A DNA stretch of 61,760 nt, the filler included, from Choristocarpus tenellus KU-1152 (Eukaryota; Protista; Phaeophyceae), in assembly GCA_964200185.2 (NCBI GenBank). It is 10 parts of 10 records of this genome, joined end to end, with 100 filler letters (N's around TTAATTAATTAA, not from the genome) between each part and the next. Parts side by side here need not be neighbours in the genome. Positions count along the whole stretch, not along the records: positions 9,154 to 16,408 come from CAXNAD020006456.1; positions 16,509 to 20,068 come from CAXNAD020019266.1; positions 20,169 to 24,917 come from CAXNAD020013214.1; positions 25,018 to 34,810 come from CAXNAD020003389.1; 6 more parts are not named here. One strand, written 5' to 3'. The notes below the pieces were generated by a model. That model had not been told where the DNA came from and did not search any database. It worked only from the letters and a program-made list of their open reading frames with translations. Each line of letters begins with the position of its first letter. Within the stretch, counting starts at the first letter, position 1. Of this stretch, positions 13,541 through 27,177 are shown piece by piece. The position numbers were made by a program, and so were the translations under genes.

Positions 13541-15088
13541 CCACAGCAGTTCCCACACCACTCAACACCACTCCACAATCATCCAAGAGCCCCCCTTCAT
13601 CATCCCCTTCATACCGTGCCTTTGAGCTAGAAGACATCTACCCCGCCTGATCTTGACCTCCCCTCCCACCCTAAGACCCAAGTCGGTCGTGAGCAAGCGA
13701 CAGGGCCGGTGGGCGGGAAAGCTTGCTCGGGGGTCATCTTGATCTAGCCCTCCTCATCTTGTCACCCCAGCCTCAGGTTTCCTCTTCAATTCAATACTGT
13801 CCATTCCTTCTCCCACTGTGCCTCTGTCTGCCACCTGTTTTCTTAACCACTCAATCTTTTTTAACTATTCATTCCCTCCTTGATACTTTTAATTCTTTAC
13901 TAACCCCTTCCCCTGTGCCCCCAACCAACCAGAATTCTTCCGCCCACAAAACTCAGATTAATTCATAAACTTTCACATTTAATTGAACACCTCCTTGATA
14001 TATTCAATAATATTCCAATACACTCATATTTTGAACGTGTCATACATATATATATATATTATTATGCCCTCTCTGTCCGAGATTTGTCAACTTTCCCAAA
14101 AACGAAAAACCTCTCACAGACGTATAACATATTGCAGATGTGAGAGGGGAAACGCCAATTCAATATCATAAGAAACCCTCAAAAAGTAACATTGTTGTAA
14201 GTGTCGAAGATAACTCTCCAAAATCTACATTACTATTTTACTACCAGCTATACTACATTCCCATTAAGCTTGTAATTACGATGTTAGATGTACACTGCCG
14301 ATATGCCTCCGACCTACCTTAGCCCTACACTACAGGGAAGCATCCCAAGAATCTGACAGGCCCCTCCTTGCTCATCTCCCTAGTGCCTCTAGCCCAAAAT
14401 GCATGACACATCTTGATAGAGCCACCTCTGTAGTGACAGATACCATCTGTCGTGAACGGGATTTGATAGAACCTTTCTTGCTGTAACCTCCCCCGCCTTC
14501 ATACGCTATATGTATGAAAAATGTCAGTAAGGATAAAAAGAAATGGAAATAATAACAAATACATAGGTTCAAAGAAAAAAGAAACACAAGCGTGCACACA
14601 CACACACACACATATGAACACAAACACAAATCTCAGTTAACAAGAACAAGAACATTATTCCATTGGTAGATAAAACAAGAATGAAAACCCATTAAATGAT
14701 CCAGCATTTGAATTTGTTGACTCTTTATTATGTCCATCGCTTCGAAACCAAGGGGTGGTATTGGGAGAGACGGCACATGGAATACGGTTATGCACTGGTT
14801 GTACTTGTTGAGCAACAACCAGCGGAAACAGAACATGCCGCACACGGCACATACATACACACACGAATGAGCACACACATATACACGTCCCCCAGTGCAA
14901 ATATCCACCTAATACCCTGGAAAAAAAAGAAGGTTGAGCAACCCTCAAACAACCACTTGGCAAAAAAATAATTCATTATTTCATACAAATATAAAAAAGA
15001 CTACTATTCAAAGGGGGGTAATAGTGCTGGATTGACCACAATGGCAAACCATCATGCAGCACCCTTCCCTTCCCGAGACCCTGAGCCA

Positions 15089-15089
15089 C

Positions 15090-15123
<34 letters not shown>
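15089..15123. repeat. (CA)n microsatellite (others at about 14595, 20843-20896 (CT/CA) and 43594-43633)
   Basis: Directly visible dinucleotide runs. Confidence 0.95.
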
Positions 15124-15124
<1 letters not shown>

Positions 15125-16091
15125 GACCAGTGAAGAGAAGAAGAAAGAAGACTGGATGCAGAAGGCCGCCCCTCTGTTTCACCATGCCTCTCTCTTCCCC
15201 CATCCCCCCTCAAGAGTCTCTCCTACCAAACATATCACTCGTTTGATCTTGTCACAGATTTGTCTCAGGCTTTGCCCATCATCGTTCATCATCCTCCATG
15301 CTGTCAAAACTCCCACATTTTTGAATTGCTGTCATTATAGTACAAGAAAAAACACTACAAGTAAAGGAAAAAGGGGGGGGGACGGAGCAGCTATGCTCCT
15401 CTGCTGACAACACACTTATCTATTCCAAAGCACGATATACCTATCTCCACTCTTTGATAACACACCTCATTGCTCGAGGGGGAAGCCAATCTCCCCTCAT
15501 TCCTGGAAGCGCCCAACCAATGAAAGGCATAGCCAGCCTACCACATACCACTTCTTGGGTCTGCCCTGGCATCTGCCACCCTTCTCCAGGAATTGCTAGG
15601 GTTAGGATAGGCGTGACAGTTCTCAGGCCTGCCATCTCTACCCAACCAAAAAACAAAACCAAGCCCTTTCGTCTACATAGGAAGTCCACCACCCCACTTG
15701 CAACTTTGAAGGCAAAGTATTATCACACCAACTCCTCTAACCCAGATATACGCCCAAAGCCTACCTCCACCTATTCAATCCCCGTGCTGGACGGTCTAAC
15801 ATATCATCCCCTCAGCCATGTTGGCCTCAAGTCTCACTCACGCATCCAAAAATGGTATAATTAGATCAAAAACTCTAGCCATACACTACACAGTAGGATC
15901 TTCAACAAAAAGGAAAAAAACAAAAAACACACACACACACATGCACTAAAGGACACACAACTCCCCCCCCAGCATTCACTGACAACATCAGACAAAATCT
16001 GAGGTTTCCATCAGGAATCACTGGCGCAAGGATTCTATTGAGAGGGGAGGGGGAACGTTAAACAACGTATCAGTGCCTCATCGCTTGCCCC

Positions 16092-16279
16092 CTATGAGTC
16101 CTCTCCATGTGAGCCTGCCTCATTCAAGGTGACCGTAGTGCCCAGAGCCATGAAGATGGCCCCAAAGACAATAATAACCTTGTTTAGCGACATCTCAGAG
16201 AAGACACCATGCTTGGCACCCTCCCGGCGAAGGAGTTTGAGGTTGAGTATGGCAGGGATAATATAATTTGCAGATGAAC
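16092..16279 (-). CDS. Probable terminal exon of an amino-acid transporter (Aa_trans/SLC38-like)
   Basis: After a TACAG acceptor: GSSANYIIPAILNLKL...VIIVFGAIFMALGTTVTL...stop, two hydrophobic helices resembling the family C-terminus. Confidence 0.6.
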
Positions 16280-16525
16280 CTGTATTGTTTCCACACATAC
16301 CAGATGTGGTGGTGTGTGCAACCATTGGGAGAGGAGGGGGGAGGGGGGGGGGCGGGAAAGATGCCGAATTTGTGAGATGAAGGATTACTAGGGAGGGCAG
16401 TAGGGGAGNNNNNNNNNNNNNNNNNNNNNNNNNNNNNNNNNNNNNNNNNNNNTTAATTAATTAANNNNNNNNNNNNNNNNNNNNNNNNNNNNNNNNNNNN
16501 NNNNNNNNGCAGTGATGAGCAGGGT

Positions 16526-16569
<44 letters not shown>

Positions 16570-16929
16570 TTGGAAACTAAGGACTGTAGCATATCAAACC
16601 GGAATATGAAGTGCAGAGATGGATCTCAGAATTGTGAACAAGTGAAAGCAGGAAGACGGCAAGATAGTGAGGTAGGTTATGATGATATGCTACCAAGCAC
16701 TTCAGGTTTGTATATATATATACATAGTATCATCACTTGTCACAACGAAACACAAAACGTTAAGACATGAAATGAACACTGCAGTTCATAGACGACATTT
16801 GAAAAGTAAAAAGAGAGGGAGGAGAGATATCCCCTTCTTCTCCTCCCCGCAACGATCATGACAAACTATGTATATCGTGAAGAATGTCATGCCGGTGCAA
16901 TAATGTTGGAAATGTTGACTATGTTTCAC

Positions 16930-18893
16930 CTTGGGTCGGAAGAGTTTCGCATTTTCCTCCATCTTGTCATAGTCAATCACGCCCGTAGTCTCATTCAGTC
17001 TGTACGGGAAGGTCTCAAAGTAGAGACTCACCTAAGTAAATTATAAATTGGAGCATGCCATAGCATGAGGCAATAGTGATTGGGGGGGTGGGGGGTAGGT
17101 TGAGAGGGAGAAGAAAACAGGAAGCAAAAGTAATGCTCATCCCAACAGAGGATGGAGGTATTGAGGGGAAAAAACATGTGGCTTCACCTGGACACACTCA
17201 AGTCTATTCATACCCCTCTACCCCCCCCCGTATCTCTACACATACCACACCTCAAGCACCCTAAGTTGTACACAAAAATGTTTTGTCTAATTAGTAGAAC
17301 ACACCATGGAGATCTTCTTGTTATCGGTCTGGTAGCCATGTGACAGATGTCCTCCATGTGGTAGATCAAGAGACATGATGCGGTCATGTGGGTTTAGAAC
17401 TGCTGTGTATGCCTGGGCAGGACAAGCCATCCCAGTGGTGAAGGAAAGTGTGAAGGTAAGGGGAGGGGAGGTGGGGATGGGTTGGAATAGAGGAGGTAGA
17501 TCAGAACTGGGGAAGAAAAAGCATGAACAAAAAAGGCAAAAAGAGAGAGACCACAATAGGTTGATGCAGGAGTTGCAACTGTGAAATTACGGGTCTCAAA
17601 TGTGTTCTATGAAGTTCAGCTTCTGCTTTTTTAGTTGAGCATTCTCTGTGTTAAATGGATATTGACCACTCTCAGAAATCCCCATAGTCACGTTTTCATC
17701 GCCACCTACCTGGAAGTTGGCAGGACTGCCCGAGAGGGATTGCACATTCACACCCCACTTCTCAGGGTCAAGGTTGAATGCTTCCAGCGCTCTTTGCTGG
17801 CACATTGATTCAACCTGTCTATGCCCAGATGTGTATATACGAAAAAAGGGAGGCAGTTCAGAGGCTGACACCATGACTGAAATACAGGTACAGTGCAAGC
17901 ACTCTTTTGTAATTTGATGTAAGATATCTGATCAGTATGATCTGTATCAGGCGCCCCCTAGCTTGAACTTGGACGGATGGATTAAATGACCAACAAACGA
18001 GTTTGACCTACTTACATATATAGCAAATATTGGGTTGAAGAGCATCCAAACATGTATTCCCATGTTACATGCCTTGTTGTCAGGTTCCTACTTCAGAGTA
18101 CTTCCCTTGTCCACGTCCTTAGCCTGTTGAGCACGATGCTACTTGGCACACCTTGTCGATCTGTTCGTTGCCGCCGTAGTACCTCGCGCCTGGGTAGCCC
18201 TCACTATACTTATTTGACATGACAGAACCAAGGGCATCGTAAACCGATGACGATGTAAAGTTCTCTGAGGCGATCAATACCAGGCTATCCCTCTGCCGAA
18301 CCTGTTTGAGTACAAATCCAAACGCGACATATGGAAGGACAAGAGTTCACATGTCGGCATCGTGTTGATGACGTACTTCCTCCAAGTGTGAAAATGTTTT
18401 AACACCAACACCAACACCATACCAAGCCTTGAAAGATCTTCTGAAGAAACTACTATAAACAAGTACCTTTTCATGTTCGATGATATCGAACAACTCCGGG
18501 TCCGTCTCGGACAGCGGTTTGTTCAACGCGATGGCCCACTGAAACGCAAGAGAACACGGACAAGTGCCAGACGAAAGCGTCAGAACTAGAAAGCGTGAGT
18601 AGCAAGAGTTCAGAAGTACAAATAATCCATCACTAGAATATTCTATACACCAACCACAGCAGGCACTGGGCATTTCGCCTATATGCTACATAGGTTAGTG
18701 GGAAGTGATTGTTATATTCCCCTTGTAGAGATTTAAGAGGTAGGGACAGAGAAGAATCCCCACTTGAACAGTGCGCTTCCCTAGATAGTATATCCGTCTA
18801 CAGCACCGTCACCTGCCGGGTCTCTGTATTGATAAGGCGCTTCATTGGCACCGGGGCCAACCGCCCAACCTGGGAACGAAGTGACGAAAACAT
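16930..18893 (-). CDS. SHMT: Serine hydroxymethyltransferase, probably mitochondrial, 5' six exons (18893-18813, 18538-18467, 18301-18152, 17814-17710, 17412-17305, 17031-16930)
   Basis: [73 protein letters not shown]; all junctions are GT-AG and phase 0; the N-terminus [12 protein letters not shown] looks like a mitochondrial presequence. Confidence 0.96.
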
Positions 18894-20848
18894 GATGCGG
18901 TCAATTTCCTGGATACGTTCACCTCAGGGTGTTCTACCGTACTTTATCTTCCCACCAACAGGGGCAGAATAGGTACGAGATGAGGTGTTATCAAGTACAG
19001 CAGAAGATGTGGGAAGAGTGTGTATGAGAGTGTGTTGTGTGGGGTGTGAATCATCCAGAAACGTGGGCAATATATGAACGTCTTGTAGGATGAGTAAGAT
19101 CAATCTTGGCGGCGCATATTATTGGTTGAGTGTTAGGGTTGCCACATCGTCAACTACATCCACTATGGTTATGTTTTATGATTTATGTTGTATTGTTCAT
19201 CGATATTCTCTTTATTACGGACCGCGCTGAAGGACACCTCCAGTGGCACATCTCAAGTGGCGTGATGTTCACAGATTCCTGATTCCAAGAGACATCTTCT
19301 GTGGTAGTTACATCTGACAGGATAGCATAGGTGTACAATATTTTGACCTTCCCACATGGAATACCATTATCCATGCCACATTTCAGTGAAAAAAGTCTGG
19401 TAAGGGAATCCCAGACAGATCCAGTGGCTCGTATCTATTAAAAATATTGGGAACAGTCCTTGCCTTGATACACTGATGCTGATCATGTATGATGGACTCT
19501 TCGTCCCATTTTTTAGCAAAATCTGCATAACTCTTGGTCAACCTCTTGCCAGAGAGAACCAACATGAATTCTTGATTTCAGTATTGGTCAGAATCTCCAT
19601 GCATTCTTTGTCTCTGTAAGAGATCCTCTTGAATAACGGATGGTCTCTTTGAGACACTCTTGAGAAATTTTTGATAAGTAGTGTGGGCTGGGAAAAGTGA
19701 TAAGAGCACCAGGGGCCATGAGGGGGGGCAACTGGGACAGAGGGTATAGACTGGGTAATACGATGTGGGTCATTGGTGCGGGTGGTGCCAGGTTGCAGGC
19801 AGTGGTGATACAGGTAGGCCTTGGCACTAAGGAAAACGTTGTTGAGTGTCCCATCAGGACCTGGATCAGTAAGATTGAGGTGATTATTGAAGGTGCCCTG
19901 GATCATGGAGATGATGAGGGACTCAGTGGCGAAGTCCAAGTTGAAGCATACTTGGTTCTGTAGTGCATCATGGGTCAAAGTATCTGGGGGGGGGGGGGGG
20001 GGTTTGTTTGTATGGGGGGGTCCGGTTCGGTCAAACAACTTTTTTTTTTGCTGACATTTCAAATCCGANNNNNNNNNNNNNNNNNNNNNNNNNNNNNNNN
20101 NNNNNNNNNNNNTTAATTAATTAANNNNNNNNNNNNNNNNNNNNNNNNNNNNNNNNNNNNNNNNNNNNGTATTCCCTTCCCCTGCGCGACGCTCCTGTAA
20201 ACGCCTCTCCGCTCCGCGTTCCCCGCCCCCCTCCCCCCCCCCCCCCCCCCCTCCCCCCCTGCCCACCCGCCCCATTCCTCACCCCTGTGCACATTTCCCC
20301 TACCTCTCCTAACCCCTCTGAGCACATCAACAGTACAATTGGAGCACAGTCCTTTGACACTGGAGCATACAACTCCATCCACCACTCTCCCAAAACAAAG
20401 TAAATACACAAACGGCCACCTCTAAGCAGCACTCACTTGGGCGAAACAATCATTACACGATATCAACATCAGTCCTCCCTTTCATTGGCGAAAACCACGC
20501 TCTTCACGAAGCTCCAATTGCGCCCCCCCCAAAAACCCGCATTGTGTGACTTTTCCCTCTCTTTGTTAGGGGAAACAGGCTACTCGTCTCCACACACTTC
20601 CATAAACAATGTCAACAGGATAAAAACGAAAAATCTGTGCCTATACAATGTCAACAGCAAACTGTAACACTGACTCGGAGCCTTTTGATTTCGTACTCGT
20701 CAATCAAACACAACACACAGTAGCATCTCAAGATCTTATCAAATGCAAGAACAGAATACTCTCATTCAGCGACGTTCTCAACAGTAGCATCTTTTACTTC
20801 AAACCACAACCAGCATTGTTCAACATTACGGCAGCGGGGTAGTCTCTC

Positions 20849-20897
<49 letters not shown>

Positions 20898-21017
20898 AAC
20901 ATGTGATGTATGCTTCAAGGCGCAAACAAACACATCCACACTCATAAACCCACAAATGTATGTAGGTGCCTATGTAGAGTTAAACACACCACACTATAGG
21001 ATATTTCCGCACACAAC

Positions 21018-22650
21018 CTGCGTGATCCTGAGCCTGTTGGTGCGTGTATTTTCATCCTCCTTGCCAAGAAAGAGCCGGGCCATCCTGTCCGTCTCCTTAT
21101 CTACATTCACCACACGCTTTCCAACCGAACTCCTGTCGTCCTCCTCACTGCCCTGCTGAAAAAGACCACTGTGTTGAGAACCCTTTAAGGGGCAGAGAAG
21201 TAAGTGAAGGGGAGAGAAAAGACAAAGAAGTCGCAAGTTCATTTGGTGAATGAGTAAGAGGTAGGGGGAAAGGGAGCGGGACACCCATCTCAGATCTGTG
21301 TGGTGCTAAACAAACAAGTTGACCTTGTCACTATCACTGGAGGAGGTGATGGTGTTACACCCAGGGCGAATGTATACGATGGGGGCAAAGAAGAAGTGGA
21401 AGGGCACCAGGTACAAAGCTATTTCAAGGGCTACAGTCATCACAAAGGCCGGCACATGTTTTGGGCTGGCACACATGCAAACCAGGGCATACCCTTGAAG
21501 CAGAGTTGGGTACCAGGAAGAGAAGCGCAACGAGACGATCCCAAAAAGGTATGGAGGAGGGCTAGTAAACCTCTTTGAACTCTTAAAAGCCATGAAACAT
21601 GAAGTTAGTGATAAAATCGGAGGGGTTTCAACCCCCCTCTCCCAAAAATAAAGCACAACGTACCCCACCACCTGAACTTCGTAGCGACGACGATGGTATG
21701 TAAATATAGATGAAGCGTGAAAAAAGACAAACGTGTGTATGATCAAGTATTGAATCCTAGTATGGGAGTTACACCTTCATTTGCACGTAAATGTATACTC
21801 ATCCATATTCAGATCCAGGGTTAGCCAAGTAAATGTTTGTGAGAAATAGTCATCACATCCTCCAGTGGGGAAGTGTCGAAGTTTTGGTGTTCCCTATGGC
21901 AGATGGTGAAACAGCGTGGCACGTAAATCACAAACCTAAACAAACGCGCAGTATGCTAAAGGCACTCACCGCTCCTACCTATTGCCGTATGCGTGTAAAG
22001 TTAGCCTTACCCATGAAATTCAAACGAGCTGAAGTAAAAGAAAAGGAAACTTGGTACTAATAACATTTTGGGGGGGCATGTTGGCAGTCAGTGGAGCTCG
22101 CATCCGTTACTCAACTTGGCTCAAGTGAATTACCAATTTCTAAACGTAATGAAGAATTTGGGTTATTGGGGCGTACAAAAGTCTGTGGTTTTTCATCTAT
22201 CTGAGCTACTTCAGGCTGGTTAACATGCCATAATCTGCACTTTCTGTCCCCTCGTCGTTCGTGGCCACGTCCACATCTTGCTTCAAACAGGGGAAAAAAA
22301 ATACACTTGACGACCACGATCAAGTTGGTTATCTCACTGCCTCTATTCATTCTCAAGTCCCTCGCAATGATGACCGTTCAGCATCACGTCTTCAATACTT
22401 GACTCGACCAAAAAGTAGCACTTACTGGGTAAGGCACTCCGTAGCCAGAAGCTGCGCTACCTACTGCCTCTGATGGTGCGTAGGAGTCCCCTTCATTGTA
22501 CGAGGATCCAGGATTTGGATTTCTTTCCCCCTCGATTAACCCAGTGGGGCCCTGGGCAGACATAGGCTCATGTTCGTCGTCATCAGCAGCCCAATCAACT
22601 CCTTCTTCGGTCACCGTTGTGTTAGGAACCGAATCAACAAGATCAGACAT
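21018..22650 (-). CDS. Hypothetical multi-exon gene (candidate exons 22650-22426, 21978-21970, 21155-21018)
   Basis: ATG-started acidic exon ending at GTAAGT; a downstream exon QGSEEDD...MARLFLGKEDENTRTNRLRITQ bounded by CAG/GT, all phase 0; no family recognised. Confidence 0.5.
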
Positions 22651-23078
22651 GTTGACTTCTTCCTTCTCCGTTAGTTCAAGCACACCTTGAAACTGCGACA
22701 GTGTGTGCCTCTCCACACCTTGGCGAGAGTTCAATCAAGTCCAGACAGGGAAGGGAGACGTTGGATAGGACCTTTCTCAGAGTGCCACTGGCTCTTCGCG
22801 CGCGACCCATATCTTTGCGTATCAAGACTACCATGTTGCTGCGCGCGGAGCTTTGGAATCTCATTCACGGTGGAATCAATCGATTTTTGAAAAACAGGCG
22901 CTCATTTCGTGAGGTTGCAAAGCTTGGTGGTGCTTGATGAGCTGGGTCATACTCAAGGAGGAGCAGAGGTTGTGAAGCTCCTTGTCGTATCTGGTTCGGG
23001 GAAGATACCCATTTGCAACGCAGGGAATTGTGGCGAACGTTATTCTGGATCAATTTGTCTGGGATTGATCCCAACGAC

Positions 23079-24681
23079 ATGCCAGCCGACGCTTCTGTTG
23101 CCGCAGGCGTGGTGGTCGGAGGAACGGGCAGAGCTGTCATGGCGAACCTTGAGTCAGATCAGCAAAGTAATAAGGTGGAGAGAGTAAAAACACACTCTTC
23201 GCCGCTCAACACCCTCGACATGTGGTTATCGCGCGGTTCCACAGTGCCCCATCCTTCTGTGTGTGACAAGACAGGCACATCAAACGCCAACTCGAAGATG
23301 AAGCCCAAGTCTTCTACAACTCTCCCGATCGACGCACCACAATCATTACCTCTTGTCGTGAGTAATCCCTCTTTCATTGAAGATGTTCATAACGGCGCCA
23401 AAGAAACGTCTAAATGTGGTACCGATGTGCCAAGTTACAGCCCAGCGAGAACCACGACTACGAGCGCGTCTCCTGGGGCTAAGAGGGGGGGTGCAAGCTA
23501 CAAGAAGAGACCGCGTAATGGTTTCCCGCAGAACTCTACTCATTCTTCTAGACTTAAGTCTACCGCATCGATACTGTCAGAGACCAGTCCTACTTCCGAG
23601 ACAAGTAGTGCTGTTGGTTCGCCCTCACAGCCAAATGCCAAACGACCCTGTGGCAGCTCCAAGAGGTCTCCAGCTCATCGATCAAGCAGCCCCTCTTCTT
23701 CTTGGGGAAAGAGTCCTGAAATCACAATCAGTCGGGGACGAGGTGGTGGAGATTGGAGTCCTTCCCCCAGCAGGACAGGTAGGGGTAGAGGAGGAGCAGA
23801 GTCTGAAAGCGAAAGAGGTAATGGGGCCGAGGACACGGACAACGGCCTGGGGAGGTCAACGATGTTATTGGATTCGCCTTCCCAAGATAAGGGTAGGAAA
23901 AACATCACCAGTCCAAGGATGTCTGACTCCCCTGAAGCTGGGGATTCTCCGAAACGTAGTGAGAAAGTCAGAGGCAGGGACAAGGGGAGAGGGAAGGGGA
24001 GAGAGAAAGAAGGTAGAGCTCGGAGCTCGGGGACGAAGGGAACTTTCTCTAGAGCCCAGAAAGAGACCAGTGGAATAGTTGTGCAAGAGTCAGTGGCTAG
24101 TTCAACAGGGACTGAGAAGATCATAGGTCTTCAGTCAAGAGGCGGTGACATTGCAACCGGAGATGATGCAGCCGTGAGTGCAGTGGGTGCAGTGAAAACT
24201 GCTGACCTTCCTGCCATGAATCTACCATTGACGGTGGAACCAGCTATAATTTCAGCTCTGCCAGTATCAATTGCAGACTGTGCTCCCCTGGCTGCATCAG
24301 AGACAACAGAACCTTCTGTGCTGCCAGATCCTGCTGTCAAGAAGAGCCACAAGAAACGAAAGCTGGCTCCTGGGGAACCACGCTTGGTTAACCTGAGTAG
24401 TGAGTGTCATTTGAAGGAGTTGTGGCTGGGTGCAGTAGGGGAAATTGGAAGATGCTGCTTGTGCTTAGGGTGACGCTACCACATACTTTATCTAAGGGTA
24501 CTTAGTAACACCGCAGTCTGCATGTTGAGCATCTTGTCAATCCATTGTTTCACGAGTTGCTGTGTTGACGCTGCCAGAACGTATCACACCTACCTGTCCC
24601 CACCCCCACCCTCTAACCCCACCCCCACCCCCCGACCACAATACACTTCAGCTGAAAGGCTTTGGGGTTGGTGCTACTACT
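23079..24681 (+). CDS. Hypothetical nuclear protein with a long S/G/R-rich first exon (to 24399) and a candidate 30-nt exon at 24652-24681
   Basis: 486-codon open frame, NLS-like KKSHKKRK, GTGAGT donor at 24400, in-phase continuation TERLWGWCYY; start codon uncertain. Confidence 0.65.
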
Positions 24682-25017
24682 GTATGTGTCTTGAGTGACG
24701 GAGTCGTATGAGAAAGACAATCGTGTTCGTTAATTCCGCATAAAAGGAAGTGCAAGTGGCAGTGTAGGACAGTTTTACTTCGTGCGCTTTTTGAATAAAT
24801 GAAGAGGGATCATGGGATGGAATGGATCAGAGCACGCGCATGAACTTGAAGTTGATTTAAAAAAAAAAAAACTTGAACGCAGCCCCGCGTACCCCGAAGC
24901 AGCCCAGCCAGCGTAAANNNNNNNNNNNNNNNNNNNNNNNNNNNNNNNNNNNNNNNNNNNNTTAATTAATTAANNNNNNNNNNNNNNNNNNNNNNNNNNN
25001 NNNNNNNNNNNNNNNNN

Positions 25018-25082
25018 GGGAAGCCAAGCCCCACAAATGGACAAACAGGGAAAAATTCGTACCCTCTAAGATAGTTTCACTC
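25018..25082. mobile_element. MITE family B terminus (other partial copies at 37537-37632 and 44367-44547)
   Basis: GCCCCACAAATGGACAAACAGGG...TACCCTCTAAGATAGTTTCACTC. Confidence 0.85.
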
Positions 25083-27177
25083 GTAGGCAACAGGAGAACC
25101 CAATTTGACGGTGTAGGGAAGGTGAACTTGCTCGTATATCATATACTTAATACCTAAGTAAAAATCTAGTGGTCGAACTCAGTACTTTAAGTAGGGTTGC
25201 GGTTTAGTCAGCGGTGCAGTATGACTGCGCAAGAAAACATCGATGGTATGTGTCATATTAGTTAATGCCAGAAGGAGGAAATATCACAAAATCGTACTGC
25301 TCTATTGCTCTCCAATTTTGAGGTGGCATCAGAAGTTGACAAATTTCCATATCTAGTTGATGGCCCACCCCAAAAACCAGGGCTTTTCACCAGACGGGTA
25401 AACATGGTGTAATTGCACCACATGCTAGTTCCGGTGAAATATTTTATTGGGAAGGACTGGTCCAGGGCTGTGAGATCTTCAGCTGCACTGGATCGCAGGG
25501 TGGCCCCAGTAAAATATGTCAGATAGGGCTGGTCCAAGACCGTTAAGGCATTCATATGAACCAGGTCGTGGCCCGGCCCCCCGGTGTAACATATCTGATA
25601 TGGTGGCCAGTCCAGGACTATGAAAGATTCTAACCAGCCTGGGGTGAATGCCAGTCTGCATCCTTAGAAAATCATTGGTATTATGAAGCTGGGCCAGTAA
25701 GGTCTCAGTTAATCATACTTTGATATGAAAAAAATGGAAAGGCTGTCTAACACATTATTAATGGACTGGCTCAGGTAACATACCCCTTTGAACAGGACAA
25801 TCAGGGATTCAAACCGGACTGGACTGCATACTGACCCTTCAAATACTACTGTAATACTACTAACACCATTTACATAGTAGGTTTTATCCGACCACTAGAG
25901 TTTCCACCGGACTGGCCCAGGCTAGTCCCTGTTAAACACAATAAACAAGTAAAGCTGGTCCAAGGTCTTCAGCAATGTGCAACCCCAGTCTGATGAACAA
26001 CTCTCCAGAAAACGGCTTTAAGGTCAATGAAGTCAAGCTAAATGTGACGAAAATTGTTCTTGATAACCCAAATATGTCAAGAGTGTTGTAACAAGACTCT
26101 TGATTTGAAGGATTTTCTCACGAAATGAGTGAATATGCGAGTTGGTGATCATAATTCAATTTGTATGGAAACGGGCCATGTAGGACACTTCAATGGCTGC
26201 AATCTGCCAAGCACAGCTAACTTCACTGTGTAGTTGCTAGACAGCCCCTACGTGTTCCTTGCGAACCAAAGGACTGCATGACATACAAAAGGTCTACGTA
26301 CATTCTATTTTATGAGTATTAATGTCTTACGTGGAATGCATTCAAGAATGTTTAGATTTTATCTTGTATTAAGATGAAGTTTGTAGTGGTTGATAATAAA
26401 ACCTCTCAAAACAGTCAAGTTTCCTATCATCAAGAATACACTTCATCTTGCTTGGAAAAATCACAGTTGGATATTGATAGTAGTGTTAACAACACAATCT
26501 AATAAATACAGCCATTTGTTAATTGTGCTAAAAGTAGCCACTTACAGAATTCATTGGTCTTGATGTATCTACCACTTATTTTCAAAACTCAAGATAGATG
26601 TGTCATAGTAAACGTATATTTCAGAGAAATTTTGTTGAACCTGGATTCTAGGGGTGATCATTAATATAAAAAAGAGACATTTTGCGCATGTTAACATGCT
26701 CTTTGTTTTCAGCAATGCAACAACACAATGGCTTTAGAGTGTCAACAGGTAATTTTAATTGATTGTGTTCCTGTGGTCTGTTCTATTCCTGAGTCCGTTG
26801 TGATAACACACCCCTCAAAATATCAGCTGGCTTATTCCTTAAATATCATAATTGTATACTCTCTAGAGTATATGCACATCACTACCAATTCTCCTTATAT
26901 GAACTGGGGTTGGAGAAATGAACGTGCGAGTTGGTGAACCTCCTTGTCATCATAGGACCTGATCAACGTCAACACAAGCTTGCCTTCATTCAAACAACAC
27001 ACCCTGTAGTTCTTTCTTCGCCTCAATTAGACACAACTTTTTAACTGGGGGTACTGTACTGAAGAAGTTTAACATAAGTATCTCTTTGACACGATGTACC
27101 CTGACTCAAAACCCACCTCCACCAGCCCGGTCGACCACTTCAGAGAGACTTAACGCTCATCAGAAAATGAAGCAAAA

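Noticed and set aside
19183-19970. Broken minus-strand ORFs upstream of SHMT
   Set aside because: Probably an old TE, but no diagnostic motif was recognised; the ORF start is built from MITE poly-C
23377-24352. Overlapping and antisense ORFs (also 30607-31005, 40898-41392, 49371-49709)
   Set aside because: Shadow frames of real or low-complexity coding exons
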